This document shows, in pieces, positions 1 through 9,460 of a stretch of DNA of 64,000 nucleotides (position 1 is its first letter; each line of letters starts with the position of its first letter). The position numbers and the translations under genes are program-made. This DNA comes from Thermoproteus sp. UBA157 (GTDB lineage Archaea; Thermoproteota; Thermoprotei; Thermoproteales; Thermoproteaceae), in contig DANS01000018.1 in NCBI GenBank assembly GCA_002497345.1, positions 92,247 through 156,246 on the forward strand, in the 5' to 3' direction. Under the pieces are notes generated by a model, which did not search any database, had not been told where the DNA came from, and worked only from the letters and a program-made list of their open reading frames with translations.

Positions 1-2
1 CG

Positions 3-158
3 AAGGCGCCAGAGCCGGGCACGAAGCTCGGCGACGTAGAGCCCCTGTTTAAGAAAGTGGAAAAGAAGGAGCTGGACGCCATGTTGGAGGAGCTGAAGAG
101 GATGAGGGAGGAGCGCTGGAGCAAGAAATACCCGTGGGAGCAAGTGGTTTTGGACTAA
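3..158 (+). CDS. 3' end of a gene entering the window, probably methionyl-tRNA synthetase (partial)
   Basis: Own translation: KAPEPGTKLGDVEPLFKKVEKKELDAMLEELKRMREERWSKKYPWEQVVLD*. The EPLFKK segment resembles the end of the MetRS anticodon-binding domain. Confidence 0.55.
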   Translation, partial: KAPEPGTKLGDVEPLFKKVEKKELDAMLEELKRMREERWSKKYPWEQVVLD

Positions 159-1399
159 ACCATCTCGCCGTATAGATATATCGGGCTTGCCCCGGCAATT
201 CTCACGTTGAGGAATTCGCCCACAATGCCGCGGCCATCGCCCCTCTTGACCACCACTTGCCTATAATCGTTGGCCCTGCCCACCACCAGCCCGTGGTCCA
301 CCTCGTCTACTAGAACCACGTCGCTCCTCCCCACGCGCATGCCGTTTCTCAAATGCGCGATCCTCAGAGCTATTTCCGACACGATTTTACTCCTCCTCTT
401 CTTCTCGACGTCCGGCACCTGCTTGTCCATAACGGCGGCTTCCGTGAATGGCCTCGGGCTGAACCTGGCCACGTGTACCTTATCGAATTGCAGCTCCTCC
501 ACCAGCTTGACGGTCATCCAGAAATCCTCTTCGGTCTCGCCGGGAAAGCCCACTATCACGTCGGTTGCTACGAAAACGTCGTCGTTAAGCTCTCTTTTTA
601 TCTTGTGGATCAAGTCCCTATATTCGTCGACGGTGTATCTCCTGCCCATTCTGCGCAGGACCTCGTCGCTGCCTGATTGGACCGGCAGATGGAAGTATCG
701 ATAAACTCTGCGATCTCGTTTAACGATATCGAGGATGTGGTCCGCGAACCTCCCGAAAACCCAAGGCTCGGACATGCCGATTCTTATCCTGTATTCGCCC
801 TCGACCTCCCTCAGTATCCTCTCCAAGAGGTCTGGCAGATTCCAGCCGCCTTTCCACCTCGCATCGAAGCCGTAAGTTATTACGTCTTGTCCCGTCAAGT
901 AGATCTCCCTAGCTCCTTGGGCCACCGCCCTTTTGACGTGCTCGACCACTAAATCGGGCGGAGCGCTCCTCACATACCCAGCCCCTCCCCTCGTGTACTT
1001 GGTCACGCAGAACGTGCAGTTGCCGAGGCAGCCGACTTGAAGCGGCACCGTGTATATCAACGACCCGTTGTATTGCGGCAGGACGTTCATCGATCTTTCG
1101 CCGCCCCCCTCTACCTGCTCGGGATATATCAACTCGGCGGCTGGCGCTGCTCGCTTTATTGTGTAAGGCCTCGCCTTGGCGAGACACCCGGCCACGACGA
1201 GCTTTTTGCCGACGGCCGAAAGTTGTTCTATTCTCCTCAATTGGCGCACCTCTCCGTCCTCCCTTACGGCGCAAGTATACAGGAGGATCAGATCGGCATC
1301 TTGCGGACTATTCGCCCTAGCCCCTCCCAGTCTCTGGAGCAATAGGTCCGCATCAGCTTTAGCGAGCCAACAGCCGTATGTCTCCACGTAAATCCGCAC
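155..1399 (-). CDS. Radical SAM tRNA methylthiotransferase (MiaB/MtaB-like, archaeal e-MtaB type)
   Basis: N-terminal UPF0004 motifs ETYGC, TCAV and VAGC; CxxxCxxC (CLGNCTFC); HLPVQSGSD; TDVIVGFPGET; C-terminal TRAM-like region. Confidence 0.92.
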   Translation of the reverse strand: MRIYVETYGCWLAKADADLLLQRLGGARANSPQDADLILLYTCAVREDGEVRQLRRIEQLSAVGKKLVVAGCLAKARPYTIKRAAPAAELIYPEQVEGGGERSMNVLPQYNGSLIYTVPLQVGCLGNCTFCVTKYTRGGAGYVRSAPPDLVVEHVKRAVAQGAREIYLTGQDVITYGFDARWKGGWNLPDLLERILREVEGEYRIRIGMSEPWVFGRFADHILDIVKRDRRVYRYFHLPVQSGSDEVLRRMGRRYTVDEYRDLIHKIKRELNDDVFVATDVIVGFPGETEEDFWMTVKLVEELQFDKVHVARFSPRPFTEAAVMDKQVPDVEKKRRSKIVSEIALRIAHLRNGMRVGRSDVVLVDEVDHGLVVGRANDYRQVVVKRGDGRGIVGEFLNVRIAGASPIYLYGEMV

Positions 1400-1417
1400 G
1401 GGGGTCTCAAGAACTGT

Positions 1418-1717
1418 TTATTTATGCCTATCACAAGGCTCGTATTTGACGAATCTATAATACAGGGTATCTTGCTCGAAATCCCTCACCTCATCGAGTA
1501 TTAGTTTACACCCGCAGGACGGCTCAATATATATTCGTCTAATTCTGCTGCGTGCGTTCTCCCTCACTATACGCGTTTTTATCTCGCCGGAATCCATCGT
1601 GAACACCGTGAGGCGGCCCTTCGACGCGACTTGTCCCCACGAAGACAGCTTGGACACTATCTCGTCGCTTATCGGCGCCTCGAATACAAAGGTCTTGGTC
1701 CTAACTACGCGTTGCAT
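1418..1717 (-). CDS. Hypothetical protein, 99 aa
   Basis: ATG ORF co-directional with neighbours, with a TATA-like element about 25 nt upstream. No family recognised. Confidence 0.7.
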   Translation of the reverse strand: MQRVVRTKTFVFEAPISDEIVSKLSSWGQVASKGRLTVFTMDSGEIKTRIVRENARSRIRRIYIEPSCGCKLILDEVRDFEQDTLYYRFVKYEPCDRHK

Positions 1718-1745
1718 AATCCAATTGTGGCATGCAATTAAAGCT

Positions 1746-2171
1746 TTAATTCCTAGATGCCTTATAAATCATAATCAAAACCTCCATTGCTTTAGACACT
1801 AAATCGCCGGGCACCTCGCCTTGTAGCGCCTCTGCCGACGGATGTACATATGAGGCTATCTTCAAGTATGTTCGGAGTATCCTCCTCTTGTAAGGACCGG
1901 GCAACCCGCTCCTCTCCAACATCGACATGTTAAACGCAAGGCCTCTCTTGCTACGTTTCCTGAGCACATACATCCTGGCCTCCGGCTTAAAACGCCTCAT
2001 GTACAAGAGCTGTATGCCTATTTCCATCAACAGCTTTAAACAACAAGCCAACTCGAGGCCATCGGCCTTTCTACATCTGTCGAGAACCTTGAGGGCGAAC
2101 CTCTTAGCAGCCTTTTCGTAGTCGGAGCTCTCATCGACGCTCCTAACGGCCTCCTCGACCTCATCCCACAC
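1746..2171 (-). CDS. Hypothetical helical protein, possible HEPN-like domain
   Basis: Start trimmed to GTG at 2171 because the longer ORF overlaps folP head-on. YLKIASYVHPS resembles the S-x-x-v-H-P-S motif of some HEPN families. Confidence 0.55.
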   Translation of the reverse strand: MWDEVEEAVRSVDESSDYEKAAKRFALKVLDRCRKADGLELACCLKLLMEIGIQLLYMRRFKPEARMYVLRKRSKRGLAFNMSMLERSGLPGPYKRRILRTYLKIASYVHPSAEALQGEVPGDLVSKAMEVLIMIYKASRN

Positions 2172-2199
2172 GTTTTTATTTGGGCGGCAGATTATATCA

Positions 2200-3090
2200 A
2201 TGCCCCACGCCTTGCTGGGCAAGATATCCGTCGGATCGGGATATCCCGTGCGAGTAATGGGCGTTATAAACGCATCGCCCGAATCCTTCTTCGCGAAGTC
2301 GGTAGTAAAAAGCGCCGAAGAGGCGCTGGAGCTGGCGCAGAGCTGGCTCGGCTTTGTAGACGTTATAGACGTAGGCGGCATGTCCACAGCTCCCTATAAG
2401 GACGCTTGGGTCCCCCCAGACGAGGAAGCCGAGCGCGTGGTCCCCGTAGTAAGGGCTTTAGCCCAGAACTTGGATTTGCCCATAAGCGTGGATACCTTCA
2501 GGCCCAAGGTCGCAGAGGAGGCGCTGAGGGCTGGTGCCTCAATAATCAACGACGTGACGGGCCTCAAGCTCTATCCCGATTTGTGCAAGGTCGTGAAGGA
2601 TCACGACGCCTCGCTCGTTATAATGGCCAGGGAAAGGGAGCCGAGGCCTGGGGCCGATCCGGTCGACAGGCTCTTGTCCGCGCTGAGGGAGAGCCTAGAT
2701 ATTGCGATGACGTGCGGCCTTGAGCCAGAGAGGATAGTGGTGGATCCCGGCATAGGCTTCCCCGTCTTGCCCAAACGCGATGAGCCTTACGTAGTCACAG
2801 GCGAGTACAGACACGGCGATGAGAAGTGGCCTTGGTGGAAGTGGGATCTATATGTGATAAAGAACTTGGCGAAATTCGCCGAGTTGGGCAGACCGGTCTT
2901 GGTGGGGGTCTCGCGCAAGTCCTTCATAAGGCGGCTCCTCGGCGTTCAATCGCCGGACGGCGTATTGCCCGGCTCGCTTGCGGCCGAGACTCTGGCCGTG
3001 TTATACGGAGCCGACGTCGTGAGGACCCACAACCCTAAGGAGACTTGGCAAGCCGTGAGGATAGCGGAGGCTTTGAGAAGCCTTAAATAG
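2200..3090 (+). CDS. folP: Dihydropteroate synthase
   Basis: MGVINASPESF, DVGGMST, ISVDTF, INDVTG, VVDPGIGF, GVSRKSF and RTHN motifs. Confidence 0.93.
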   Translation: MPHALLGKISVGSGYPVRVMGVINASPESFFAKSVVKSAEEALELAQSWLGFVDVIDVGGMSTAPYKDAWVPPDEEAERVVPVVRALAQNLDLPISVDTFRPKVAEEALRAGASIINDVTGLKLYPDLCKVVKDHDASLVIMAREREPRPGADPVDRLLSALRESLDIAMTCGLEPERIVVDPGIGFPVLPKRDEPYVVTGEYRHGDEKWPWWKWDLYVIKNLAKFAELGRPVLVGVSRKSFIRRLLGVQSPDGVLPGSLAAETLAVLYGADVVRTHNPKETWQAVRIAEALRSLK

Positions 3091-3110
3091 GAGGATCAAT
3101 ATCGGATTGC

Positions 3111-3962
3111 ATGAGGATTGCGATATCGGAAACTAAGGGCCGCGTGGACGGCCCAGGCGAAGGCGAGGAGCTATCGATATATGAGGTAGAAGGGAGCAAA
3201 TACGTCCTCGTGGAGAAGCTAGAGAACCCGGCCAAATACGCGAGGATGGCGAAGGGCGCCGCGGCGCTTGCCGAGGCTCGCAGGAGGGGGGCCTCAGCGA
3301 TTATAGTAGCCGAGATAGGGCCGAGAGGATATGAAATAGCTAAACAGTGGGGGATGAAAGTGTATATCTACGAGGGCTATGCGGAGGAGGCCCTCGCTAG
3401 GCTCGTTGCGGGGGAGCTCAAGGAGGCCTCGGGGCCTACTCACGGAGAACACCACCATCACGAAGGCCGCGCCCTCGGCATCTCAGAAGACGAATACGCG
3501 CTTTTGTTGAAATATACGCCCAGAGGCGGCGTTGCCGCCGATTTGGGATGCGGCGCCGGCAGGCTGTGCGAGGCGCTCAAGGACATGGCATCGCTGGTCT
3601 ACTGCGTTGATATAGATAAAGATGCTCTTGAACACGTGAGGAGAATAGGCGCACCCAATTTGGTCGTGTTGAACGAGGACGTACTCCATACAACTATACC
3701 CGGGGAGGCGGTGGACGTCGCAATATTGGCAAATGTCTTTCACGACTTAGCGGATAAGCAAGCGGCCGTGAGGGAGATAGCGAGGATATTGAAACGCGGC
3801 GGCCACGTAATCGTGATAGAACACAAGCCCGGCTCCTTGTTCGGACCACCGAGCTTCATGAAGATAGGCCCCAGCGAGGTCAGGAAATACTTCAGGGACT
3901 TCAAGGAGGTCGAGTACGACGATTTAGGACATCACTACGCTATAGTGTTCGAGAAGCCCTAA
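3111..3962 (+). CDS. NifB/NifX-like domain fused to class I SAM-dependent methyltransferase
   Basis: N-terminal MRIAI...IIVAEIGPRG (NifX fold), His-rich linker HGEHHHHE, then motif I DLGCGAG, VDID, NVFHDL and ILKRGG. Confidence 0.8.
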   Translation: MRIAISETKGRVDGPGEGEELSIYEVEGSKYVLVEKLENPAKYARMAKGAAALAEARRRGASAIIVAEIGPRGYEIAKQWGMKVYIYEGYAEEALARLVAGELKEASGPTHGEHHHHEGRALGISEDEYALLLKYTPRGGVAADLGCGAGRLCEALKDMASLVYCVDIDKDALEHVRRIGAPNLVVLNEDVLHTTIPGEAVDVAILANVFHDLADKQAAVREIARILKRGGHVIVIEHKPGSLFGPPSFMKIGPSEVRKYFRDFKEVEYDDLGHHYAIVFEKP

Positions 3963-4561
3963 TAGCCCACGTCTGCAAGAAGGCTTCTCAGTATCTCGAC
4001 GAATTCCCCCGGCTTGTCCAAGTACGCTGGGTGCCCAGCGCCCGGCATAACTATTACGTGAGCCGACGGGAGCACCCTCTTCAGGAGCGGGGCGTATACG
4101 CTGGGAGGCGATATTTCGTCGTTCTCCCCCCATATGGCTGCGAGGCGTCCGCCGTATTTGGACAAAGCAGTTTGCAACTCCTTGTCGTCCAGGCCCACGG
4201 GGCCTACGAGCACGGCCAATTTAGTCCTATAGCCAAGCGCTACGTACCACATGAGCACCTCGCCCGACATGGAGGGCCCCACTATCGGCGGATCCTCCAA
4301 GGAGAGCGCGTCGAGCAGTTTCCTCAAGAACTTAGCGTATCCCTCGGCGTTGGATCTGAACTTAGAGCTCTTGGACCTTGCGCCGTAAGGCATATCGATT
4401 GCGTATACCCTATAGTCCCTGGCCAAGCCCTGGACGATCCCCGAGGCCATCCAGTTATCTGCGTTGAAGGAATATCCGTGCAAGAGCACCAACGGTTTGC
4501 CCGCGCCCTCCTCGACGTATCTTATCCTTACGCCTTCAAGCGTTATGGCCCTCTCCGGCAT
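3959..4561 (-). CDS. Alpha/beta fold hydrolase (ABHD14-like)
   Basis: LLHGYS, nucleophile GPSMSG, WGEND and AGHPAY motifs. Confidence 0.9.
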   Translation of the reverse strand: MPERAITLEGVRIRYVEEGAGKPLVLLHGYSFNADNWMASGIVQGLARDYRVYAIDMPYGARSKSSKFRSNAEGYAKFLRKLLDALSLEDPPIVGPSMSGEVLMWYVALGYRTKLAVLVGPVGLDDKELQTALSKYGGRLAAIWGENDEISPPSVYAPLLKRVLPSAHVIVMPGAGHPAYLDKPGEFVEILRSLLADVGY

Positions 4562-5096
4562 CGCCGCCTACCCTCACCCTCATCAAGGAGAAGTTATCGC
4601 TCTCCCTAATCACCGAGAGGCCTGTCCTGGAGGGGAAGAGCTCCAGCCAGAGGATCTTGTCCGGACGCGTTAAGTCCACCTTTCTATCTATGCCTCTCGC
4701 CACGTAGTTTATAATGGATAACCTATCGTACTTGACGCCCCTTTTCTTGAGCTCTATCTTGAACCTCTCGTTGGGCCCGATGTATTTAGCGGCCAGCTCC
4801 GAGGCGGCTCTCGCTATCTCGTCCAAGTCCGTCTTCACGACGGCCATTATAGGGGTGGCCCTCAAGACGAACCTCGGCACGTAGTAACCGGACGATACCA
4901 GATCGGTTAGCCCCCTCGTGAACTCGACCGGGTCGCCCTCCACCTCGGCCGTCAACAAGCCGTCGAAGCCGGTAAACCAAACCTCCTCGACTCTCCTAGC
5001 CAACATATCGCCAATTTTGTAGAGTTCCTCCATGCACAACCGCTCCTGCCTCCAGCCGGTTGCCACGACTAGGTTGAAAGACACTAGGAAATTCAC
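4536..5096 (-). CDS. Stand-alone THUMP domain RNA-binding protein
   Basis: RFKIELKKRG...KVDLTRPDKILWLE THUMP signature. Confidence 0.85.
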   Translation of the reverse strand: MNFLVSFNLVVATGWRQERLCMEELYKIGDMLARRVEEVWFTGFDGLLTAEVEGDPVEFTRGLTDLVSSGYYVPRFVLRATPIMAVVKTDLDEIARAASELAAKYIGPNERFKIELKKRGVKYDRLSIINYVARGIDRKVDLTRPDKILWLELFPSRTGLSVIRESDNFSLMRVRVGGDAGEGHNA

Positions 5097-5111
5097 ATAC
5101 GATAAATAAAT

Positions 5112-5591
5112 TCACCGGCCGCGTTTCCTCGCGAACTCCCCTGGCATCACCACGTCGTCGGGCGTCACCTCGATTAGCCCAAATCGCACGGCCCACGTGA
5201 TTATCCTTCTGCTCGGCACCTCGCCGCAATAGCCGAGGTTGCAGAGAAGCTCCATCACCTCGTCCAACGATAGCGAGGATTCGGTTCTCAACTTGTCCAA
5301 TATGTCCGAGAAGGGCCGTAACGTCGCGAGCCTCTCGGCCAATTCCCTCTTGACTTCATCTATATCGCTAGTAACCACTTTACGGCCCAGTTCCGTCAAC
5401 TCCACATCGCCCGAGACGACCTTGACAAGGCCTAGAGACTCGGCGGCGCTCACGGCTGTGCTGAGCTCGTCGAAGTCTATCTCGACCTCTTCATCTATCT
5501 TGTAAATGTCGGTCTTGCCTCCCAACGCGTTAATGACCTTGAGAAGGCCGAGCACTTGATCTATAGACGCTGGGTGGAACAGCCTACTCAT
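5112..5591 (-). CDS. Stand-alone AAA-associated winged-helix domain protein (NrtD C-terminal-like)
   Basis: GGKTDIYKI...AAESLGLV...DVELTELGR...IITWAVRFGLI resembles the C-terminal domain of nitrate/sulfonate ABC ATPases. Confidence 0.7.
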   Translation of the reverse strand: MSRLFHPASIDQVLGLLKVINALGGKTDIYKIDEEVEIDFDELSTAVSAAESLGLVKVVSGDVELTELGRKVVTSDIDEVKRELAERLATLRPFSDILDKLRTESSLSLDEVMELLCNLGYCGEVPSRRIITWAVRFGLIEVTPDDVVMPGEFARKRGR

Positions 5592-6303
5592 TTATCAAGA
5601 TATCAAGCGATTTCTTCTCTATAGGACTGAGACGGGACAACAACGCCCTACAGCCGGCGTCGTTGCGAGAACGGCAGATCTTGTACATGGACAACGCATT
5701 GGCGTCGTCGACTCCCTCTCGGCGGGCCAGCCTCTTCAAGGCCTCCGCCCTTTTCGCGACGCATTCCTCATCGGGCTCCTCCACGACCTCGTCGGAGTTC
5801 CCCCTTTTGAGCTGCAATCTTATGGTACACGTCTCGGCTACGTAGGAGATTTCGATCCTGTCAACGGACTCCACGACGCCGCGTTGCCTTTCTATTTGCG
5901 ATGCAAGAGCCAATAACCTCAAGGCGAGCCTAGTAGCGCTTTTATGAGGCCAAGCCAAGAGCCCCATGGCAATCCTCCTCAACTCCTTGATATCGCTATC
6001 GCTCAACTCCTCGGGCCGCTTGCTCAAGAGCTCCTCGGCCTTGTCTAGATCCTGTGGGGTTAATATCCTCGGCTGCACGGAGGATCGCAACGACGATACC
6101 TCTTCGGGGGAGATGACGCCTCTTGCGGCCAAGATTTCGGTGAGGCCCTCTATTATAGCGTAGTTACTTTCGCGCATCCACAACAAGTTGGCGAATATAG
6201 GGTATATCAAGGACTCGAGAGATTTGATACTCCTATAGAGATGCAGGGCGATCCACGCCTCTAGGACGCCCATGATGGCGAGTATCGGATAGATAAGATC
6301 CAC
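5584..6303 (-). CDS. Hypothetical protein with N-terminal transmembrane helix
   Basis: Start trimmed to GTG at 6303, just downstream of TTTATAATAA. Hydrophobic N-terminus LIYPILAIMGVLEAWIAL. Confidence 0.65.
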   Translation of the reverse strand: MDLIYPILAIMGVLEAWIALHLYRSIKSLESLIYPIFANLLWMRESNYAIIEGLTEILAARGVISPEEVSSLRSSVQPRILTPQDLDKAEELLSKRPEELSDSDIKELRRIAMGLLAWPHKSATRLALRLLALASQIERQRGVVESVDRIEISYVAETCTIRLQLKRGNSDEVVEEPDEECVAKRAEALKRLARREGVDDANALSMYKICRSRNDAGCRALLSRLSPIEKKSLDILINE

Positions 6304-6323
6304 GAGGACGCGAACAATGTTTA

Positions 6324-7007
6324 TTATAAATGTTCCCAGTCTTCGCAAAGGCCTATCTCGCCATCGAAAAGGACGAATCCGTCTTTGAATCTGAACTTAT
6401 ACACCTTAACCAAACCGCCGGATTTCACGAAGTCGGCGAAGGCCCTAGCGAAGCGAGGATCGGTGCGCCAGTTAGGCTTGAAACAAAACGCATCGGGCCT
6501 CATGACGAGCACCATGACCATAGCGTCGTGGCCTTCCTCGAGCAAAGCCCTCAGAATCTCCAAGTGCTCAGCCCCCCTCTTGGTAGGGGCGTCTGGAAAC
6601 AGAGCAACGCCGTCTACTACCAACGTGCAGCCCTTAACCTCCACGTAGGTGTCTCCTGCCAAGAAGTCGAGCCTATGTCCGCCCACGTTCACCTCCCTCT
6701 TCGCGTTGTTCAAGAAGAGCGCGGCTATATCGTTGTGGATTCTGCTATCTGCGACGACCCAAACTCCGTTCGGGGCCTCTATGGCGGTTATGGAGCAGTT
6801 GGTCTTGAGCCCTCTCGTGGGCCTCACGAGAGCTCTAGCGCCCCTTCTGACCAACTCAGGCAACCGCCCAGGATCGTGGAGATGACAAAGCTCGACCCTT
6901 CCTTCGTCCAAGACCCTAACGACGAAGCGATTGGGCCTATCCAGTATCTCCACGAGTCGCAGAGGTCCGGCGAACTCGTAAACAACGTCGCCAATTGAGG
7001 GGGCCAC
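6324..7007 (-). CDS. sfsA: SfsA family nuclease / sugar fermentation stimulation protein
   Basis: RPNRF, HLHDPGRL, YVEVKGCTL and FPDAPTKRGAEHL motifs. Start trimmed to GTG at 7007, downstream of the TATA at ~7022-7032. Confidence 0.9.
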   Translation of the reverse strand: MAPSIGDVVYEFAGPLRLVEILDRPNRFVVRVLDEGRVELCHLHDPGRLPELVRRGARALVRPTRGLKTNCSITAIEAPNGVWVVADSRIHNDIAALFLNNAKREVNVGGHRLDFLAGDTYVEVKGCTLVVDGVALFPDAPTKRGAEHLEILRALLEEGHDAMVMVLVMRPDAFCFKPNWRTDPRFARAFADFVKSGGLVKVYKFRFKDGFVLFDGEIGLCEDWEHL

Positions 7008-7049
7008 TGAGGGAGAAACCCTTATATATAATATCGTTTCCCCAGCCCT

Positions 7050-7427
7050 ATGCCTAACGTCGAGGTCAAGGAAGTGCCCGAAGTCAGGGGTTTCAGCGTT
7101 GTAAAAAGCGTGCCCAATAGAGCCGCCTTGGTCCAAGACCTCAAGCCCGGCGTTATACTGATCTTCCACGGCAAGGAGGGCTCCAATATGCTCGTCGAGG
7201 TGTTCACGCCGGATCCAAACGGCGATAAGGTCTTAGGAGCCGGCAAGATGGCCTCATATAAATTCTCGGGCTCCTCGGACAAGGTGGACAACGCATATGC
7301 CGCAATACTCCTCTGGGCCTTGAACAACGGCGCATCTCCCGGGTCGCCGACTAGGGAGGTGTATCTAAAAGTCGATAAAAACCAGAACCCGCCCGAGGTG
7401 GAGGTGGAGGTCCAAGTGCCTATTTGA
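7050..7427 (+). CDS. GyrI-like small-molecule-binding domain protein
   Basis: GSSDKVDNAYAAILLWA...PTREVYL...EVQVPI is typical of GyrI/effector-binding domains. Confidence 0.7.
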   Translation: MPNVEVKEVPEVRGFSVVKSVPNRAALVQDLKPGVILIFHGKEGSNMLVEVFTPDPNGDKVLGAGKMASYKFSGSSDKVDNAYAAILLWALNNGASPGSPTREVYLKVDKNQNPPEVEVEVQVPI

Positions 7428-8013
7428 GGGAAGCTCCTATTTCTTTCATCAATCTCACGAAGAAGTAGAGCCCTCTCCGCGCATCCTCGTCTAGCAAGAG
7501 CGCGTCTACGACCTCCAAGAAGCTCGCCCGTCTGCCTCTGCTCTCCCTCACGGCTATGTCCAACGCTTGGGCGATCCGCATGGAGGCCATTGCGTCGAGC
7601 ACTCTAGGGGCCTCGTTCATCATGTAGAACGCTCCTGCCGTGAGGTAGGACTTGGCGGCCTCTCCCACGACTTCAGGCTCCGCCAAGCTCTCGAGAAGGC
7701 CGAGGAGGCCCGACCTATCGAGCTTTTCCAGCAACGAGAGAAGCCTAGCCACGCTATCGGCGTTTTTTGCCAAGGCTTCGAGCATTCCGGAGATCTTGTT
7801 CAAGTTGAGGAGCAGCGCTAAGGTTCCCGTGTTCGCGAAGCTCCTGGCAACTTCGCCGATTACGTCGACATCTAGGAGGTCCCTTAAGGTGTCGAGTAGC
7901 CCAAGCTCATTCGCCTTGATTAATATATCGGCGAATTTGGCGAGCGCCTTGGCGGACTCCGGAGTCAACGCCTTGGCCAAGCTCTGGGCTATGGCGGCCT
8001 CGGCCTCAGACAT
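7420..8013 (-). CDS. DUF1641 family protein
   Basis: Helical repeats and C-terminal LLDEDARRGLYFFVRLMKEIG; overlaps the stop of the upstream sqr gene. Confidence 0.75.
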   Translation of the reverse strand: MSEAEAAIAQSLAKALTPESAKALAKFADILIKANELGLLDTLRDLLDVDVIGEVARSFANTGTLALLLNLNKISGMLEALAKNADSVARLLSLLEKLDRSGLLGLLESLAEPEVVGEAAKSYLTAGAFYMMNEAPRVLDAMASMRIAQALDIAVRESRGRRASFLEVVDALLLDEDARRGLYFFVRLMKEIGASLK

Positions 8014-9193
8014 AGATCCTCCTCAGCTTGGCGGGCTCAGTCGCCTCGAAGTAGGCGTCGAATATGGGATTCCACAGCTCGGGGTACTTTATCATGTCCC
8101 AATAGGCGGCCGCGAAAACCAGTTTCGCCATGTGTGAGAAGCGCGATGGCGGCAGCTTCACCACGGGGTTGTTGTAGTCGCTTATGACGAAGGTCCCCAA
8201 GCCGTAGCCCAAGTCGAACGGGCAGTTGGTGCGGCCGTTATTCCGCGCATCCTCGCCTTGTAGCCTCCTCGCCACGACGGTTGCTTGAAGGTGGGCCGTG
8301 ACGCCCGTCTTGGCGACCGGCACAGCCGAGGCATCCCCTATAACGAAGGCGTCGTCGTATCCCTTTATGTTGTTGGTGAACTTATCGGCTTGTATGAACC
8401 TATCTTGCGTCAACACGTCCTCAGGGGATATCTTGATATCGGTCCCCACGTGCGGCGGTATCACGACCAGCGCATCGTATTTCAACTCCTCACCCTCCAT
8501 AGATATAGCTACTTTTCTCTCCTCGTCTATTTTATCAAGCGTGAAGAAGGTGATGTACTCCACCCCGCGCTCCTCCAGAATGGGCTCGACCACTTCGTTC
8601 ATGGGCTCGGCTGGGTACGGCCTGGGGTAGGGCACGGCGAACACGACCCTCACCTTGTCTCTGAGGCCCCTCGATCTGAAGAACTCCTCGGCCAAGAACA
8701 CCCCCTCCAGCGGCGAGGGCGGACACCTGTAGGGATCCCCTCCTACCGCGATGGCGAAGGTCCCCTGCTTGAGCGAGTTTATCGTACTCCACACGCGCCG
8801 CGCGTTCTCCTCTGAGGAGTGGTAATCGCCATATTTCTCGACAATTTTCCTATGGCCCTCGATCATGTCGTAAGCTGGCCTCGAGCCCGTGGCGATAACT
8901 AGGTGGTCGTACTCCAGCACCTTGCCGTTTTCGAGAATCACCTTTCTATTACCCAAGTCGACCGAATGAGCGCCTGACTGTATGAACTTAACGCCCGGTT
9001 TTAAGAGCTCTCTGATCTCCCTCTTCATGGGCTTTCTCGAGCCCTTGAACGCGACGTAGAGAAGCCAAGGCCAATAGTAATGATAGGGACTTCTGTCGAC
9101 TACTGTTACGTCGAATTCGTCAAACGGCAGGTTGTTTGCCAATATAGCGCCTCCGGCTCCGCCGCCGATGATTACAACGCGCTTTTTGCTCAT
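8006..9193 (-). CDS. sqr: Sulfide:quinone oxidoreductase / FCSD-like flavoprotein
   Basis: GGGAGG FAD motif, RCPPSPLE catalytic Cys, IPPH, IGDA..PVAKTG and second Cys in TNCP. Confidence 0.85.
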   Translation of the reverse strand: MSKKRVVIIGGGAGGAILANNLPFDEFDVTVVDRSPYHYYWPWLLYVAFKGSRKPMKREIRELLKPGVKFIQSGAHSVDLGNRKVILENGKVLEYDHLVIATGSRPAYDMIEGHRKIVEKYGDYHSSEENARRVWSTINSLKQGTFAIAVGGDPYRCPPSPLEGVFLAEEFFRSRGLRDKVRVVFAVPYPRPYPAEPMNEVVEPILEERGVEYITFFTLDKIDEERKVAISMEGEELKYDALVVIPPHVGTDIKISPEDVLTQDRFIQADKFTNNIKGYDDAFVIGDASAVPVAKTGVTAHLQATVVARRLQGEDARNNGRTNCPFDLGYGLGTFVISDYNNPVVKLPPSRFSHMAKLVFAAAYWDMIKYPELWNPIFDAYFEATEPAKLRRIYV

Positions 9194-9429
9194 TTCTTAG
9201 CGGTGACTTTGATCACAGCTATGTATGTGCCGCCTTCCTCCTTGAACTCAACCAACTGATTGCCAGTGCGTTTGATCCAAGCCTCCACGTCGGGCTTGAA
9301 GCCCGGATCGGTGGCCAGGACCTCTATGATGTCGCCGTTTTTGGCGTTTCTATACGCCTTGACTAATTCAGTGATGGGCCCCGGGCAAGCCATCCCTCTG
9401 GCGTCCACTCTTATCTTGTTCTCGGTCAT
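9190..9429 (-). CDS. tusA: TusA/SirA family sulfurtransferase
   Basis: DARGMACPGP and ATDPG motifs; 79 aa. Confidence 0.92.
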   Translation of the reverse strand: MTENKIRVDARGMACPGPITELVKAYRNAKNGDIIEVLATDPGFKPDVEAWIKRTGNQLVEFKEEGGTYIAVIKVTAKK

Positions 9430-9460
9430 GGAGGTCGTTCTTCTATCTAAATATTTCCTT

